Source: Sedimentisphaerales bacterium (GTDB lineage Bacteria; Planctomycetota; Phycisphaerae; Sedimentisphaerales; SM23-30). Taken from it: DNA of 64,000 bases. Below, one piece after another: positions 1-11,640 of this stretch. The notes under the pieces were generated by a model. That model was not told the DNA's origin. It saw nothing but the letters and a program-made list of their open reading frames with translations, and ran no database searches. Each line of letters starts with the position of its first letter. The stretch's first letter is position 1. The position numbers and the translations under genes are program-made. The stretch lies in contig CAXXFK010000029.1 in the NCBI GenBank assembly GCA_963663965.2, forward strand, positions 160,001 through 224,000, written 5' to 3'.

Positions 1-1308
1 CAGTTCATCGGTTACTAACAGGTGGAATTTTCCGATATAAAGCAGGGTGTCGGGATAAATGACTTTGTGTACAATAATGTGTTGGGTTTGGTTTTTTTCG
101 AGTTCTTCTTCCATAGCGGCCATATCCCGCGCGATGGTCTCCAGGGCATTGCGGCTGAGCCGGATATCGTCAGCCATTTTTTTCAGTTTGTCATTGGGTT
201 TGCCTTGCAGGGCATAGAGCATGTCTTTGGCGCGGGGCATCAGATCGGCGATGACTTTTTCATGGCATTCTTTTTCCTGCCGCATTTGTTTGATCTGGCG
301 ATCGAGGTAAGGATCCACTCCGGCCCGGATGGTGGTGCGAACACCGTTATGGCTGCCCAGGGCCGGGGTATCGATCGATCCGGTGGCCGTGACCTGTCCG
401 CCATGAATAGCGCCACGTTGCAGCAGGATATTGCCCCGGCAATTCAGGTCGCAGTTGACAATTTCCGATTCCGCGGTGATGTTGCCATCGGCCCAGATTT
501 GAACGTTGGAAAGGTAGCGGGCGGTCAGGTCGGATTTGACTTTGATGGATCCCTTTTCTTTGCCCAGAATGCCGCGTGTCACTTTGAGTGAGCCGCCGCA
601 TTCGACGACGGCCGCTTCAATGGTCCCACCCACTTCCAGATCGCCGCCGGTCTGTACGGTGAACAAGTCTTTGATGTCGCCTTTGACGTTGACGCTGCCA
701 CTGAAACGAATATTGCCAGTCGAGAAATCGATATCGTGTTTAATATGAAGAATGGGATCGACCCAGAGTGTTCCGTTTTCGAGTTTGGGCTCGCCGTCGC
801 ATAATGCGATAAACGTCCGACCGTCCGGGTCCATCTGAACGTTTTCGCCTGCTTCCAATGTCAGTTCCTGGCCGGGAACAGGTGGAACAACACGACCGAA
901 GACATCGAGGCCGGATTTACCGGGTGTTGCCATGTGATACACCCCCAAAATGTCATTACGATTAACAAGAATCAGATGGGATTGTTCGTAAAAACTTTCC
1001 TGGGCGGTGTCCAGTTGGTTATTTACCCCGGCGTGGATTTTTTCGGGGTCCAGCTTATCGGACCATTGAAAGAAAGCATTCCGACCTGGTTCGGCCGGTT
1101 GGCCCTGTAAAATTGTGAGTGAGGGAGATTGGATTTCCACTGACAATGCCGCATTAACCGATTGGCGGACTGAATCGGTAACAGGAATGTTCATTTGCCG
1201 GAGTTCCTCGAAGATATTGGCAGGAAGGATTACTTCGTTCTTGCCCCGCTTGCGAAGATCGAGTGTCACTCGCAGGTTATCGCCGCTGATATCAATGCGC
1301 CATGCCAT
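1..1308 (-). CDS. FapA/DUF342 family protein (flagellar assembly protein A-like), runs off left edge
   Basis: Not in the ORF track. Manual translation from ATG at 1308 gives MAWRIDISGDNLRVTL...GQPAEPG...PGKSGLDVFG...DIDFSTGNIRFSGSVNVKGDI...IYPDTLLYIG, the motif order typical of DUF342; the codons at the left edge (IYPDTLLYIGKFHLLVTDEL) are in the same frame. Confidence 0.85.
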   Translation of the reverse strand, partial: MAWRIDISGDNLRVTLDLRKRGKNEVILPANIFEELRQMNIPVTDSVRQSVNAALSVEIQSPSLTILQGQPAEPGRNAFFQWSDKLDPEKIHAGVNNQLDTAQESFYEQSHLILVNRNDILGVYHMATPGKSGLDVFGRVVPPVPGQELTLEAGENVQMDPDGRTFIALCDGEPKLENGTLWVDPILHIKHDIDFSTGNIRFSGSVNVKGDIKDLFTVQTGGDLEVGGTIEAAVVECGGSLKVTRGILGKEKGSIKVKSDLTARYLSNVQIWADGNITAESEIVNCDLNCRGNILLQRGAIHGGQVTATGSIDTPALGSHNGVRTTIRAGVDPYLDRQIKQMRQEKECHEKVIADLMPRAKDMLYALQGKPNDKLKKMADDIRLSRNALETIARDMAAMEEELEKNQTQHIIVHKVIYPDTLLYIGKFHLLVTDEL

Positions 1309-1552
1309 TACATAGGGGTTCCAGTGGGTTTTTGAAAAATAAAACCAACTCCCTTATTTACATTTATCGAGCGATCAGGATCGGGAATCCAACGATAATT
1401 TTATTAATCCGAAAATCTGGAAGTGAAAATGAGACATAACCAAAGATTTAATTTACAGGCGCTTTTGAAATAACATTTTGCCAGGCCCACCCATTAACCA
1501 TGAAAAAAAAACGGAATAATAACTGATGTTAACCGGTAAATACCGGAGAAAA

Positions 1553-1599
1553 TGCTACAAAAATGTAGCAACATTAGTTTATGGTACAAAATTGTATTT
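1553..1599. promoter_or_regulatory. Two tandem dyad sites, putative enhancer (UAS) for a sigma54 activator
   Basis: TGCTACA-AAAA-TGTAGCA (1553-1570, perfect) and TGGTACA-AAAT-TGTATTT (1582-1599, degenerate), about 250-290 bp upstream of a sigma54 motif. Confidence 0.55.
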
Positions 1600-1839
1600 T
1601 ATGAAAAAAATAAATACCATGCTAAATAGTGGAAAATCAGTGCAGGTTTGACAATAAATAAAACGGCATGGCCAATGTCTTTTTAAACGAGATTGGCTAC
1701 CAAGTTGAGGCGTATTGTTTGTAACCTACTTTACTAGAGCTAGATATGTCGATTTGGCATGAAAGATAACCGTGTCGCGCGCTATCTTCCAGGGGGTGAG
1801 GCAATTGGTTGCCACAGATTTGTTATAATTTAGGTATTA

Positions 1840-1857
1840 TTGGCATATCGTTTGCAT
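1840..1857 (+). promoter_or_regulatory. sigma54 (-24/-12) promoter of the GSIII gene
   Basis: TTGGCATATCGTTTGCAT: GG (1842-43) and GC (1854-55) separated by exactly 10 nt, with TGGCA and TTGCA boxes, upstream of a glutamine synthetase. Confidence 0.8.
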
Positions 1858-1968
1858 GAGTTATAGGATTTCAAGGCCTGTTGTAAGGCTTAAGATATTT
1901 TGGATAATATTTCGGTTTCGAGCAGGAAACCGGAAAACGTTTAAACCTGCTTATGGAGTTACAAACAT

Positions 1969-4095
1969 ATGGGAACCGCTGAATCAAGTAGTCAAAGTAA
2001 CAGTTCAACAGAGCTTTTTGGTAGCAATGTATTTAACGAAAGCGTGATGCGTGAGCGTCTGCCGAAGAATATATTCAAGGAATTACAGCGAACCATTAAG
2101 GAGAATCATCCGCTGGAGAATGCGGCTCTGGCCGACATTGTGGCCAATGCCATGAAAGACTGGGCAATCGAGAAAGGCGCGACGCATTATTGTCACTGGT
2201 TCCAGCCGATGACCGGGATGACCGCTGAAAAGCACGATTCATTTATCGCCCCGACTTCGGATGGCAAGATGATCATGGAATTCAGCGGCAAGGCGCTGGT
2301 ACAAGGTGAGCCTGACGCCTCGAGTTTTCCATCGGGCGGTTTGCGCGCCACCTTTGAAGCCCGCGGTTATACTGCCTGGGATTGCACCTCGCCTGCGTTT
2401 ATCAAGGAAGACGGCAGCAATATTACCTTGTATATCCCCTGCGCATTTTGCAGTTATTCCGGACACGCGCTCGATAAGAAGACGCCCTTGCTGCGTTCCA
2501 TGGACGCACTGGATACCCAGGCGATGCGAGTATTACGCAAGTTGGGCAATACGACATCCAAGCGGGTGATTGCGACTTTGGGTCCGGAACAGGAATATTT
2601 TCTGGTCGACCGCAGCTTTTATGAAGAACGTCTTGACCTGGTATTGACGGGCCGCACCCTGTTTGGGGCGCCTTCGCCCCGTGGTCAGGAAATGGAAGAT
2701 CATTATTTTGGCGCATTGCATGAGCGGATCGCTTCTTTCATGAATGAGCTGAATGAAGAATTATGGAAACTGGGCGTATCCGCCAAGACCCAGCACAATG
2801 AAGTAGCCCCCGCGCAATATGAGATTGCCCCGATCTTCGCAACCGTCAATGTGGCGACCGATCATAATCAGCTGACCATGGAAACCTTGCGCAAGGTAGC
2901 GATTCGTCACGATTTTGTCTGTCTGCTGCATGAAAAGCCGTTCCGGGGTGTCAATGGTTCCGGCAAGCACAATAACTGGAGCATGGGCACGGACGACGGG
3001 ATCAACCTGCTGGATCCTGGTTCAACCCCGCATGAGAATATGGTGTTTATGGTGTTCCTGTGCGCGGTAGTTCGGGCGGTCGACAAATACGCCAAATTGT
3101 TACGCGCCAGTGTCGCCACAACGGGTAATGAACACCGTCTGGGCGCGAATGAAGCGCCTCCGGCGATTGTGTCCGCGTTCCTGGGCGATCAGTTAACGGA
3201 AATATTCGAACAGCTCGCAGCGGGCGGCGCTTCCAGCAGCCGTCAGGGCGGCCAGTTGAAACTGGGCGTTAATTCGCTGCCACCGCTGCCAAAAGATTGC
3301 ACGGACCGTAACCGTACCAGTCCATTTGCCTTTACCGGCAACCGTTTTGAATTCCGTATGGTCGGATCCAGTCAGTCGACCTCCGGTCCCTGCTTTGTGA
3401 TCAATACCATTGTTGCCGATATTCTGAAAGAAATTGCGGATGAACTGGACAAGGCCAGCGATGTCCAGTCGACGGTTCAGAAGATCTTGCAGAAGATCGC
3501 CAAAGAACACGCGCGAATCGTCTTCAATGGCGACAATTATTCGCAGGCCTGGGTGGATGAAGCGGCCAAGCGCGGATTACCCAATATTCCATCCTCAGTC
3601 GATTCGATTGAGACGATTCTGGAAAAGGACAATGTCGCAGTGTTGGCGCGGCACAATGTCTTAAGCGAAGAAGAATTGCATGCTCGCGTTGAAATTCTGT
3701 TAGAAGCTTATCTCAAGACGATTAATATTGAAGCGTTAACAACGCTGGATATGGCCCGCCGCCAGATTCTGCCGGCCAGCGCCGACTATGCCGGTTCGTT
3801 GGCCAGTTCGGTCTTGTCAGTGAAAGAAGCCGGCGGTTCGGTCAAGGCGTTGAGCGCGAAACTGGGCGAAGTGACCGAACTAATCGATGCGCTGGACGGC
3901 GCCATAGCCGCCCTGGATGCCGTTCGCTGCAAAGCATCGGGTCTGGATGACACCGCGGCCAAGGCCCAGTGCTACAATAAAGAGGTCGTACCAGCCATGA
4001 ATGCAGTTCGTGATGCGGCTGACAAGCTGGAATCCATTGTCGACGCGGAAGTATGGCCGTTACCTTCTTACGCAGAGATGCTTTTTATTCGTTAA
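1969..4095 (+). CDS. glnA: Glutamine synthetase type III
   Basis: 708 aa; [79 protein letters not shown]. Confidence 0.97.
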   Translation: MGTAESSSQSNSSTELFGSNVFNESVMRERLPKNIFKELQRTIKENHPLENAALADIVANAMKDWAIEKGATHYCHWFQPMTGMTAEKHDSFIAPTSDGKMIMEFSGKALVQGEPDASSFPSGGLRATFEARGYTAWDCTSPAFIKEDGSNITLYIPCAFCSYSGHALDKKTPLLRSMDALDTQAMRVLRKLGNTTSKRVIATLGPEQEYFLVDRSFYEERLDLVLTGRTLFGAPSPRGQEMEDHYFGALHERIASFMNELNEELWKLGVSAKTQHNEVAPAQYEIAPIFATVNVATDHNQLTMETLRKVAIRHDFVCLLHEKPFRGVNGSGKHNNWSMGTDDGINLLDPGSTPHENMVFMVFLCAVVRAVDKYAKLLRASVATTGNEHRLGANEAPPAIVSAFLGDQLTEIFEQLAAGGASSSRQGGQLKLGVNSLPPLPKDCTDRNRTSPFAFTGNRFEFRMVGSSQSTSGPCFVINTIVADILKEIADELDKASDVQSTVQKILQKIAKEHARIVFNGDNYSQAWVDEAAKRGLPNIPSSVDSIETILEKDNVAVLARHNVLSEEELHARVEILLEAYLKTINIEALTTLDMARRQILPASADYAGSLASSVLSVKEAGGSVKALSAKLGEVTELIDALDGAIAALDAVRCKASGLDDTAAKAQCYNKEVVPAMNAVRDAADKLESIVDAEVWPLPSYAEMLFIR

Positions 4096-4118
4096 TCGAT
4101 AACCAGTTAAGTGATCAT

Positions 4119-4155
4119 AATGCCCGTGGGAACTCCTATTCCCACGGGCATTTTA
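4119..4155 (+). terminator. Intrinsic terminator after GSIII
   Basis: AATGCCCGTGGGAA / TTCCCACGGGCATT 14-bp stem ending in a T run. Confidence 0.8.
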
Positions 4156-4418
4156 ATGTCTGCGCTCTAACTGTCTGTCAGAAAAGGGCTAAGGCAAATT
4201 TTGGATCTGGGTTTTCGGGGAGTTGAGCCGCCTGATACCCCTGTGGAATTTTCTGGACAAAAAACACCAAAATGACTATAGTTGAAAGTCTTGCGAAATT
4301 TTTTCAGGATAACCCGCGATTGTCTTTTAAATAATAGCGCAACCTCCCTGATACAACGGGATCAGCGAGAACAGAACAGGACTGTTCGGAACGCTAACCG
4401 AAGATTTGACTATAATAT

Positions 4419-4517
4419 TATACCTGTCGAGTATGGAAATACCCGATCGCTCGCAAGAATCAAGACGCGAAGCTTTGTGTTTCTGCCAAGCGGGCGCTAT
4501 GAACTGTAAATAGAATT
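4419..4517 (+). repeat. MITE/ERIC-like intergenic repeat, copy A
   Basis: TATACCTGTCGAGTATGGAAATACCCGATCGCTCGCAAG...TGCCAAGCGGGC...; first 39 nt align without gaps to the copies at 32108, 50257 and 54211. Confidence 0.75.
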
Positions 4518-4558
4518 ATACTGACTACCTGACTGTAAAGGAAAGGATACCAGGTATT

Positions 4559-7500
4559 ATGATGACGAAACCTCCTGGTGATTTTGGGCTGTATGAAGCC
4601 CGTCGAGAACACGATGCCTGCGGCATAGGCGCGGTGGTCAACCTCAGCGGCAAACGCGAGTATCGGATACTGGAGCTGGGCAACCAGGTTCTCATGAACC
4701 TGCAGCATCGAGGCGCGGCCGGCAGCGACGGGATTACCGGAGACGGCGCCGGCATACTGTTTCAGATACCGGATCAATTCTGCCGTGAAGAAGCGGTGCG
4801 GCTGGGGTATACATTGCCGGAGGCCGGACTCTATGGCGTCGCGGTGGTGTTTGGTCCCAAGCAGGATCTTGAACTGCGCCGCCGATGCGATGAAGTACTG
4901 GAAAAGGGCGTTGCCCGATACGGCATGAAGACCATCTTCTGGCGTAACGTTCCCACGGACAGCAGTTGCCTGGGCGAACTGGCGTTATCCTGTGAGCCTT
5001 CGGTCAAGACCTTGTTCATTGATGGGAATGGCCTTAAGGGAGAAGAACTGGAACGGAAGCTGTATCAGGCACGGAAATACGCCGAGAAAGAGATCCGTGA
5101 GAAGTTTGGCGAGTCGGCCGTAGATTTTTATGTCAGCAGCATGTCCAGTAAGACGATCAATTATAAAGGGATGTTCCTGGCGCCACAGTTATTCGCATAT
5201 TATCCCGATTTGCGCGATGAACGGCTGGTCTCTTCCATGGCCGTCGTGCATCAGCGTTACAGCACCAATACGTTTCCAAGCTGGAAGCTGGCGCAACCGT
5301 TCCGCTGTATCGCGCACAATGGTGAGATTAATACCTTGAGCGGGAACTATAACCGGATGCGCGCCCGGGAAAAGCGCATGGCCAGTCCACTGTTTGGCGA
5401 GCGTATCAAGGATCTGATTCCGGTGATGATTCCCGGCGCCAGTGATTCGGCCAGTTTTGACAATGCCCTGGAATTGCTGGTGCAGTCTGGGCGTTCATTG
5501 CCCCATGCCATGATGATGATGATTCCGGAGGCGTTTGGACCGCGATATCATATCAGCGCCGACAAACGGGCGTTTTATGAATATCACGCATCGATTATGG
5601 AGCCATGGGATGGCCCGGCAGCGATGGTGTTTACCGATGGGAGGTATGTGGGCGGCGTGCTGGACCGCAACGGTTTGCGGCCGGCGCGTTATGTGATCAC
5701 CAAGGATGGCCTGGTAGTGGCGGCCAGCGAAGTGGGTGTGATCGATTTTCCGGCGGATCAGGTGCAATCGCGCGGCCGGCTGCAACCCGGACGCATGTTC
5801 CTGGTGGATACGCAGGAAGGCCGGATTATTACCGACAACGAAATCAAGAGCAAGATTTCGCGACAAAAGCCCTATCGGCGCTGGTTGTCGCAGAATATTA
5901 TCGAATTGAGAGGATTATTCAGCGCGGCCCAGCCGGGCAGTATGCCGGAAGAAGAAGTCGTCAAGCTGTTGAGAACTTTCGGGTATACCAGTGAAGAGCA
6001 GAAGATGCTGCTGGTGCCGATGGCCGTTACGGGTCAGGAGCCGGTTGGTTCCATGGGGACCGATACGCCGCTGGCGGTGCTATCCAATCGCCCCAAACTG
6101 TTGTTTAATTATTTCAAACAGCTGTTTGCCCAGGTGACCAATCCGCCCATCGATCCGTTGCGAGAGGGGCTGGTCATGTCGTTGATGAGTTTTACGGGCA
6201 AGCAACAGAATCTGCTGGATGAGACTCCTGAACACTGCCGGCAATTGAAGCTGCCGCATCCTATTCTGACCAATGAAGACATTGACCGGTTGAAAAATGT
6301 CCAGCGGAAAGATTTCAAGGTCGTCACCATTCCGGCATTGTTCGAGGTAACCGGTGACAATCCGGGCGAAGCATTGCAAGCCGGTATAGACGATATGATT
6401 TCGGCGGCGGTATCGGCCATCAACGATGGCGCGTCATTGCTGATTGTCAGCGATCGGGGCGTTACCGAGAAGATGGCAGCCATTCCCAGTTTACTGGTGG
6501 GCGCTGCGCTGCACCATGGTCTGCTGGAACGGGGCTTGCGTGGAGAAGCGGGAATCGTTCTGGAAAGCGCAGAACCCCGTGAAGTGATGCATTTCTGCCT
6601 GTTATGCGGTTACGGCGTAAATGCCATCAACCCGTATCTGGCATTCGAGACGTTGAATCTGCTGCATCAACGCAATGAGATTCCATCTGAAATGGAACCC
6701 GAACAGATTGTCGACAATTATATTAATTCGATCAAAAAGGGTATTTTGAAGACGATATCCAAGATGGGAATATCGACTTTGCGCAGTTATCACGCGGCTC
6801 AATTATTCGAGTGCGTGGGCATCAATATGGATGTGATCAGCCAGTATTTTACCGGCACCTCATCGCGTATCAGCGGGATCGGCCTGGGGGAAATCGCGCA
6901 GGAAACGATCAAGCGGCATCTGCAAGGATTTGTTCGCCGCGATCCTGCCGCTACCGAACTGGATTGCGGGGGCGAGTACCATTATCATTGTGAAGGGGAA
7001 GAGCACCTGACCAGTCCGATGGCGATCGCCCTGGTACAGGAAGCGGTGCGTCAGGGTAATTTTGACAAATTCCGGCAGTATACCCGGTTGATCGATGATC
7101 AGGCCCGTAAGTTGTATACCCTGCGCGGTTTGTTTGAATTTGTCCCGGGGGAAGAAATTCCTCTGGAAGAAGTGGAACCCACCAGTGAGATTGTGAAGCG
7201 ATTCTGCACGGGGGCGATGTCCCATGGTTCCATCAGCAAAGAGGCTCATGAAGCCATGGCGATTGCCATGAACCGAATCGGGGCGATGAGCAACACCGGA
7301 GAAGGGGGCGAGGATCCTTATCGCTATGAACCACGCAAGGATGGCGATTCGCTGAACAGCGCGATAAAACAGATTGCCAGCGGACGGTTCGGCGTGACGA
7401 CGCATTATCTTTCGGAAGCCAAGATGCTGCAGATTAAGATGGCGCAGGGCGCCAAGCCCGGTGAAGGCGGTCAGTTGCCCGGTCATAAGGTAACGGATGA

Positions 7501-9121
7501 GATCGCGCGATTACGGTTTTCGACGCCGGGGGTGACTTTGATTTCGCCGCCGCCGCATCATGACATCTATTCCATCGAAGACCTGGCCCAGTTGATTTAT
7601 GACTTGAAATGCAGTAACCCGGGCGTGAAGGTCTCGGTCAAGCTGGTATCCGAAGTCGGGGTGGGGACGATCGCGGCCGGGGTCGCGAAAGGCAACTCGG
7701 ATGAGGTGTTGATCAGCGGTTTTGACGGCGGAACCGGCGCCAGTCCGTTGTCATCGATTAAGCACGCGGGCCTGCCCTGGGAACTGGGATTGGCGGAAAC
7801 ACAGCAGACGCTGGTTTTGAACGGTTTGCGCGACCGGATTCGCGTGCAAACCGATGGTCAGATCCGTACTGGACGCGATGTGGTGATCGGCGCGTTGCTG
7901 GGCGCGGAGAATTTTGGATTCGGCACCGGCGCCCTGATCGCGCTGGGATGTATCATGATGCGTAAATGTCATCTGGGTACCTGCCCGGTGGGTATCGCAA
8001 CCCAGATGGGCGAATTGCGCTGCCGATTCAAAGGCAAACCGGAACATCTGGTCAATTTCATGATGTTTATTGCCGAAGAAGTCCGCATGCATATGGCCAA
8101 GCTGGGCTTCAGAAACTTTGATGACATGATCGGGCGGATGGATCGTCTCAAGATGCGCGATGCCGTGGAACACTGGAAAGCACGGGGACTGGATTTCAGC
8201 CGGATACTGACGCAACCGGACGCATCCGACGGCCGGGCGATTCGATGTGTGCGTCAGCAGGATAATCCCCTGGAGGATAATCTGGACTGGACCCTGATCG
8301 AAAAAGCCAAAGCGGCCATCGAGAAAAAAGAGAAAACCGTGGTCGAGATGCCGGTTAAAAATGTCCATCGTACGGTGGGCGCTATTCTGAGCAATCGAAT
8401 TGTCAAGAAGCATGGGCCCAAGGGTTTACCCAACGGCACCCTGGAGATTCGCTTGAGCGGTTCGGCGGGTCAGAGTTTTGGCGCTTATCTGGTGCCGGGT
8501 GTGACCTTGCATCTGAAAGGCGATACCAACGATTACCTGGGCAAAGGGCTTTCCGGCGGACGGATTATTGTTCAAAAACCGGAATCGGCCACCTTTGAAG
8601 CTCATGAAAATATTATTGTGGGCAACACGCTGCTTTATGGGGCCACCAGCGGTGAAGTCTATTTGAACGGTCTGGCCGGTGAACGCTTTGCCGTCCGGAA
8701 TTCAGGCGCCCGCGCCGTCGTTGAAGGCGTTGGTGATCATGGCTGTGAGTATATGACCGGCGGCCTGGTCGTTGTACTGGGTCAAACCGGCCGTAATTTT
8801 GCCGCGGGCATGTCCGGCGGTATCGCGTATGTTTATGATGAGTTCCAGTTGTTCGATACGTTATGTAACCTGGATATGGTCGATCTGGAGACGGTCTGGC
8901 TGGAAGACGACAAGAAGGTTTTAAGAAGCATGATCGAGAATCATTTGAAATATACCGGCAGTAAACGGGCGCAACTCTTACTGGATAACTGGGAAGAGAC
9001 CGTGGGGCGTTTTGTGAAAGTAATGCCCATCGATTATCGCCGGGCGTTGGAAAGATTGAAAGAGCGCGAGATGCGCGAAACCGAATACTCCCCTGCCACC
9101 GAGGAGGTGTTCCGTGGCTAA
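4559..9121 (+). CDS. gltB: Glutamate synthase large subunit
   Basis: 1520 aa; EHDACGIG (catalytic Cys), [54 protein letters not shown]-terminal GXGXG repeats. Confidence 0.98.
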   Translation: MMTKPPGDFGLYEARREHDACGIGAVVNLSGKREYRILELGNQVLMNLQHRGAAGSDGITGDGAGILFQIPDQFCREEAVRLGYTLPEAGLYGVAVVFGPKQDLELRRRCDEVLEKGVARYGMKTIFWRNVPTDSSCLGELALSCEPSVKTLFIDGNGLKGEELERKLYQARKYAEKEIREKFGESAVDFYVSSMSSKTINYKGMFLAPQLFAYYPDLRDERLVSSMAVVHQRYSTNTFPSWKLAQPFRCIAHNGEINTLSGNYNRMRAREKRMASPLFGERIKDLIPVMIPGASDSASFDNALELLVQSGRSLPHAMMMMIPEAFGPRYHISADKRAFYEYHASIMEPWDGPAAMVFTDGRYVGGVLDRNGLRPARYVITKDGLVVAASEVGVIDFPADQVQSRGRLQPGRMFLVDTQEGRIITDNEIKSKISRQKPYRRWLSQNIIELRGLFSAAQPGSMPEEEVVKLLRTFGYTSEEQKMLLVPMAVTGQEPVGSMGTDTPLAVLSNRPKLLFNYFKQLFAQVTNPPIDPLREGLVMSLMSFTGKQQNLLDETPEHCRQLKLPHPILTNEDIDRLKNVQRKDFKVVTIPALFEVTGDNPGEALQAGIDDMISAAVSAINDGASLLIVSDRGVTEKMAAIPSLLVGAALHHGLLERGLRGEAGIVLESAEPREVMHFCLLCGYGVNAINPYLAFETLNLLHQRNEIPSEMEPEQIVDNYINSIKKGILKTISKMGISTLRSYHAAQLFECVGINMDVISQYFTGTSSRISGIGLGEIAQETIKRHLQGFVRRDPAATELDCGGEYHYHCEGEEHLTSPMAIALVQEAVRQGNFDKFRQYTRLIDDQARKLYTLRGLFEFVPGEEIPLEEVEPTSEIVKRFCTGAMSHGSISKEAHEAMAIAMNRIGAMSNTGEGGEDPYRYEPRKDGDSLNSAIKQIASGRFGVTTHYLSEAKMLQIKMAQGAKPGEGGQLPGHKVTDEIARLRFSTPGVTLISPPPHHDIYSIEDLAQLIYDLKCSNPGVKVSVKLVSEVGVGTIAAGVAKGNSDEVLISGFDGGTGASPLSSIKHAGLPWELGLAETQQTLVLNGLRDRIRVQTDGQIRTGRDVVIGALLGAENFGFGTGALIALGCIMMRKCHLGTCPVGIATQMGELRCRFKGKPEHLVNFMMFIAEEVRMHMAKLGFRNFDDMIGRMDRLKMRDAVEHWKARGLDFSRILTQPDASDGRAIRCVRQQDNPLEDNLDWTLIEKAKAAIEKKEKTVVEMPVKNVHRTVGAILSNRIVKKHGPKGLPNGTLEIRLSGSAGQSFGAYLVPGVTLHLKGDTNDYLGKGLSGGRIIVQKPESATFEAHENIIVGNTLLYGATSGEVYLNGLAGERFAVRNSGARAVVEGVGDHGCEYMTGGLVVVLGQTGRNFAAGMSGGIAYVYDEFQLFDTLCNLDMVDLETVWLEDDKKVLRSMIENHLKYTGSKRAQLLLDNWEETVGRFVKVMPIDYRRALERLKEREMRETEYSPATEEVFRG

Positions 9122-10541
9122 ACCAACCGGATTCCTTGAATATAATCGTGAAGAAGTGCCTTATCGTCCCGTCGAAGAACGGCTCAAAGACTATTTTGAA
9201 GTCGAAGTGCCGCTATCGGCCGAGGCCATGAATTGTCAATCAGCAAGATGTATGGATTGCGGGATACCCTATTGTCATTCGATGGGTTGTCCATTGAATA
9301 ACCGGATCCCGGAATTCAACGATTGCGTTTACAAGGGGCGCTGGAAAGACGCCTGCGACATCTTGCATTCGACCAACAATTTTCCGGAGGTTACGGGGCG
9401 GGTATGCCCGGCGCCCTGTGAGGCGGCATGTACCTTGAATATCGATGAGGCCCCGGTTTTAATTCGCCATATCGAAGATCAGATAGTCGAAAAAGGATTC
9501 GAAGAGGGCTGGATCAAGCCGTTAATTGCGGAAGTCAAGACCGGCAAACGGGTCGCGATTGTCGGTTCAGGGCCCGCGGGTCTGGCGGCCGCCCAGCAAC
9601 TGGCGCGGATGGGACACGATGTGGTGGTGTTCGAGAAGGATAACCGTATCGGCGGATTGTTACGCTATGGCATTCCAGATTTTAAACTGGATAAGCGGAT
9701 TCTGGACCGCCGTCTGGAGCAAATGGCCGCCGAGGGTGTTCAATTTCAGACCGAGGTCAATGTGGGTGAAGATATTTCACCGCATTATCTGGATAAAATG
9801 TTTGATGCGGTCTGCCTGACTATGGGCGCCACTGTTCCGCGCGATCTGCAAGTCGAAGGCCGTGAACTCAAAAATGTTCACTATGCCATGGAGTTTCTCA
9901 AACAGCAGAATAAGAGGATTGCCGGAGAAACGATCGATCCATCTGAAGTGATCAACGCAAAGGACAAAGTGGTTGTGGTGATCGGCGGCGGCGATACCGG
10001 TTCTGACTGTGTGGGCACCTCGAATCGCCAGGGCGCCAAAGAAGTTCATCAATTTGAAATATTACCACAACCGCCCCAAACCCGCCCGATTGACACACCC
10101 TGGCCGAACTGGCCGCGAGTGTTGCGCACGTCTTCATCGCATAAAGAAGGCTGTCTGCGCCGTTGGTGTATCCTGACCAAGAAGCTGACCGGCAAAGACG
10201 GGGCAGTCACCCACTTGCATGGCATTGAAGTGGAATGGAGCGCCGGGCCCAAGGGGCATACTATGAAAGAAATTCCCGGCACAGAATTCAGCATGAAAGC
10301 GGATCTGGTTCTGCTGGCGATGGGATTTCTGTACGTGCAGCCGGCCGGTCTGATCGATAAGATGGGCTTGAAACTGGATCAGCGCGGCAATGTCATGATT
10401 AAAGAGAATTACATGACCAGCAAGCCGGGTGTCTTTGCTTCCGGAGACACGACGACGGGCGCGTCGCTGGTGGTACGAGCGATCGATTTCGGCAGAAAAA
10501 TGGCGAAATCTGTCGATCAGTATCTTCGAGAACAGGTATAA
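9114..10541 (+). CDS. gltD: Glutamate synthase small subunit
   Basis: [37 protein letters not shown]; overlaps the gltB stop. Confidence 0.97.
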   Translation: MAKPTGFLEYNREEVPYRPVEERLKDYFEVEVPLSAEAMNCQSARCMDCGIPYCHSMGCPLNNRIPEFNDCVYKGRWKDACDILHSTNNFPEVTGRVCPAPCEAACTLNIDEAPVLIRHIEDQIVEKGFEEGWIKPLIAEVKTGKRVAIVGSGPAGLAAAQQLARMGHDVVVFEKDNRIGGLLRYGIPDFKLDKRILDRRLEQMAAEGVQFQTEVNVGEDISPHYLDKMFDAVCLTMGATVPRDLQVEGRELKNVHYAMEFLKQQNKRIAGETIDPSEVINAKDKVVVVIGGGDTGSDCVGTSNRQGAKEVHQFEILPQPPQTRPIDTPWPNWPRVLRTSSSHKEGCLRRWCILTKKLTGKDGAVTHLHGIEVEWSAGPKGHTMKEIPGTEFSMKADLVLLAMGFLYVQPAGLIDKMGLKLDQRGNVMIKENYMTSKPGVFASGDTTTGASLVVRAIDFGRKMAKSVDQYLREQV

Positions 10542-10543
10542 AA

Positions 10544-10580
10544 AAAGGGCTCTCTGATAACAGGAGAGCCCTTTATCTTT
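10544..10580 (+). terminator. Intrinsic (possibly bidirectional) terminator after gltD
   Basis: AAAGGGCTCTC / GAGAGCCCTTT stem with an A-tract before and a T-rich tail after. Confidence 0.8.
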
Positions 10581-10634
10581 GAATTTGATACTATAGAGAT
10601 ACTTCCCGACTTAACTGGGAAATTCCAGGACTGT

Positions 10635-11495
10635 ATGAAGGTTATTGAAGCGACCAAAAAAGGATTCTGTTTCGGTGTTGAGCATGCGATCGAAGAGGCT
10701 GAAAAGTTAGTCAACGAACGCCAGCATGTTTATTGTCTCGGTCAGATTATCCATAACACCGAGGTTGTCGAACGGTTAGAGCGCAAAGGTCTGAAGGTCG
10801 TTAACGATCTGGATGAAGTGCCGGCGCCGGGTCCAGACACGCCGGCAGATGAGATTCCCACGGTGTTGATTCGCAGTCATGGCTGCCGTCCAGAGCAATT
10901 GCAGCGAGTCCAAAAGTTGGGATTTCATCTGGTGGATGCCACCTGTGTGCTAGTGCAACGCCTGCAGAATCTGGTCGCGCAGTTGTATGAACAGGGTTAT
11001 CAGGTGGTTCTGGTCGGCGATCCGAATCATCCGGAAATTAAAGGTGTAATGGGGTACGCACCGCAGGTCACGGTTGTGAATGGACCGGAAGATCTGTCCA
11101 AGTTGCCGCCGAGAGGTAAACTGGCGATGGTGTCACAAACGACCTATACCCTGGCCGATTTTGGTGAAATCGTGGGTCAAGTGGCTCAATTGGGCTATGA
11201 GGAGATCAAGGTGGTCAATACGATCTGTCGGGAAACCGCCCGGCGTCAGGAATCTGCCATCGAATTATGCCGCCAGGTGGATGTCATGTTTGTACTGGGT
11301 TCGCATCACAGCGCCAATACGGGGGAATTGGCCGAGTTGTGCCGCAGGCAAGGGGTTGCGACGTATCATTTACAGGATTGGAGCGAATTCAAGCCGGACT
11401 ATGTGAGCGGCAGGCAGGTGGCAGGGGTGTCGGCGGGGGCATCGACTCCGGATTGGATTATACGGGAATTTATCGAGAAATTACTGGCTATTTAA
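10635..11495 (+). CDS. ispH: 4-hydroxy-3-methylbut-2-enyl diphosphate reductase
   Basis: GFCFGV, IIHN, RSHG, DATC, HPE, SQTT, NTIC, AGASTP motifs. Confidence 0.96.
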   Translation: MKVIEATKKGFCFGVEHAIEEAEKLVNERQHVYCLGQIIHNTEVVERLERKGLKVVNDLDEVPAPGPDTPADEIPTVLIRSHGCRPEQLQRVQKLGFHLVDATCVLVQRLQNLVAQLYEQGYQVVLVGDPNHPEIKGVMGYAPQVTVVNGPEDLSKLPPRGKLAMVSQTTYTLADFGEIVGQVAQLGYEEIKVVNTICRETARRQESAIELCRQVDVMFVLGSHHSANTGELAELCRRQGVATYHLQDWSEFKPDYVSGRQVAGVSAGASTPDWIIREFIEKLLAI

Positions 11496-11557
11496 GGTAA
11501 ACTGGTTAAGCTTGTTTATCGCTTGAGTAGCGCTAATTTTAATTTTTTATTGCCGTA

Positions 11558-11602
11558 TGCTCGGAATCATTCCATACCAGCCGGTATGGTGATCCGGGAG
11601 CA
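11558..11602. other. Imperfect intergenic palindrome (REP-like hairpin)
   Basis: TGCTC-GGAATCA-TT-CCATACC-agcc-GGTATGG-TGATCC-GG-GAGCA; no U-tail. Confidence 0.45.
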
Positions 11603-11640
11603 GTATCTTTACTATAGCGGTCATTAAGGAACATAATAAG

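Noticed and set aside
22..591. 189-aa + strand ORF and the many other short overlapping ORFs in the track
   Set aside because: Antisense or off-frame shadows of well-supported genes (here the minus-strand FapA); no recognisable motifs.
1364..1390. Minus-strand ATTCCCGATCCTGATCGCTCGATAA resembling the repeat core, and a sigma28-like -10 upstream of FapA
   Set aside because: Too short, flanks do not align, and there is no correctly spaced TAAA -35 box.
4096..4558. Glutamine (glnA-motif) riboswitch between GSIII and gltB
   Set aside because: I could not find the conserved riboswitch core; the structured part is explained by the dispersed repeat.
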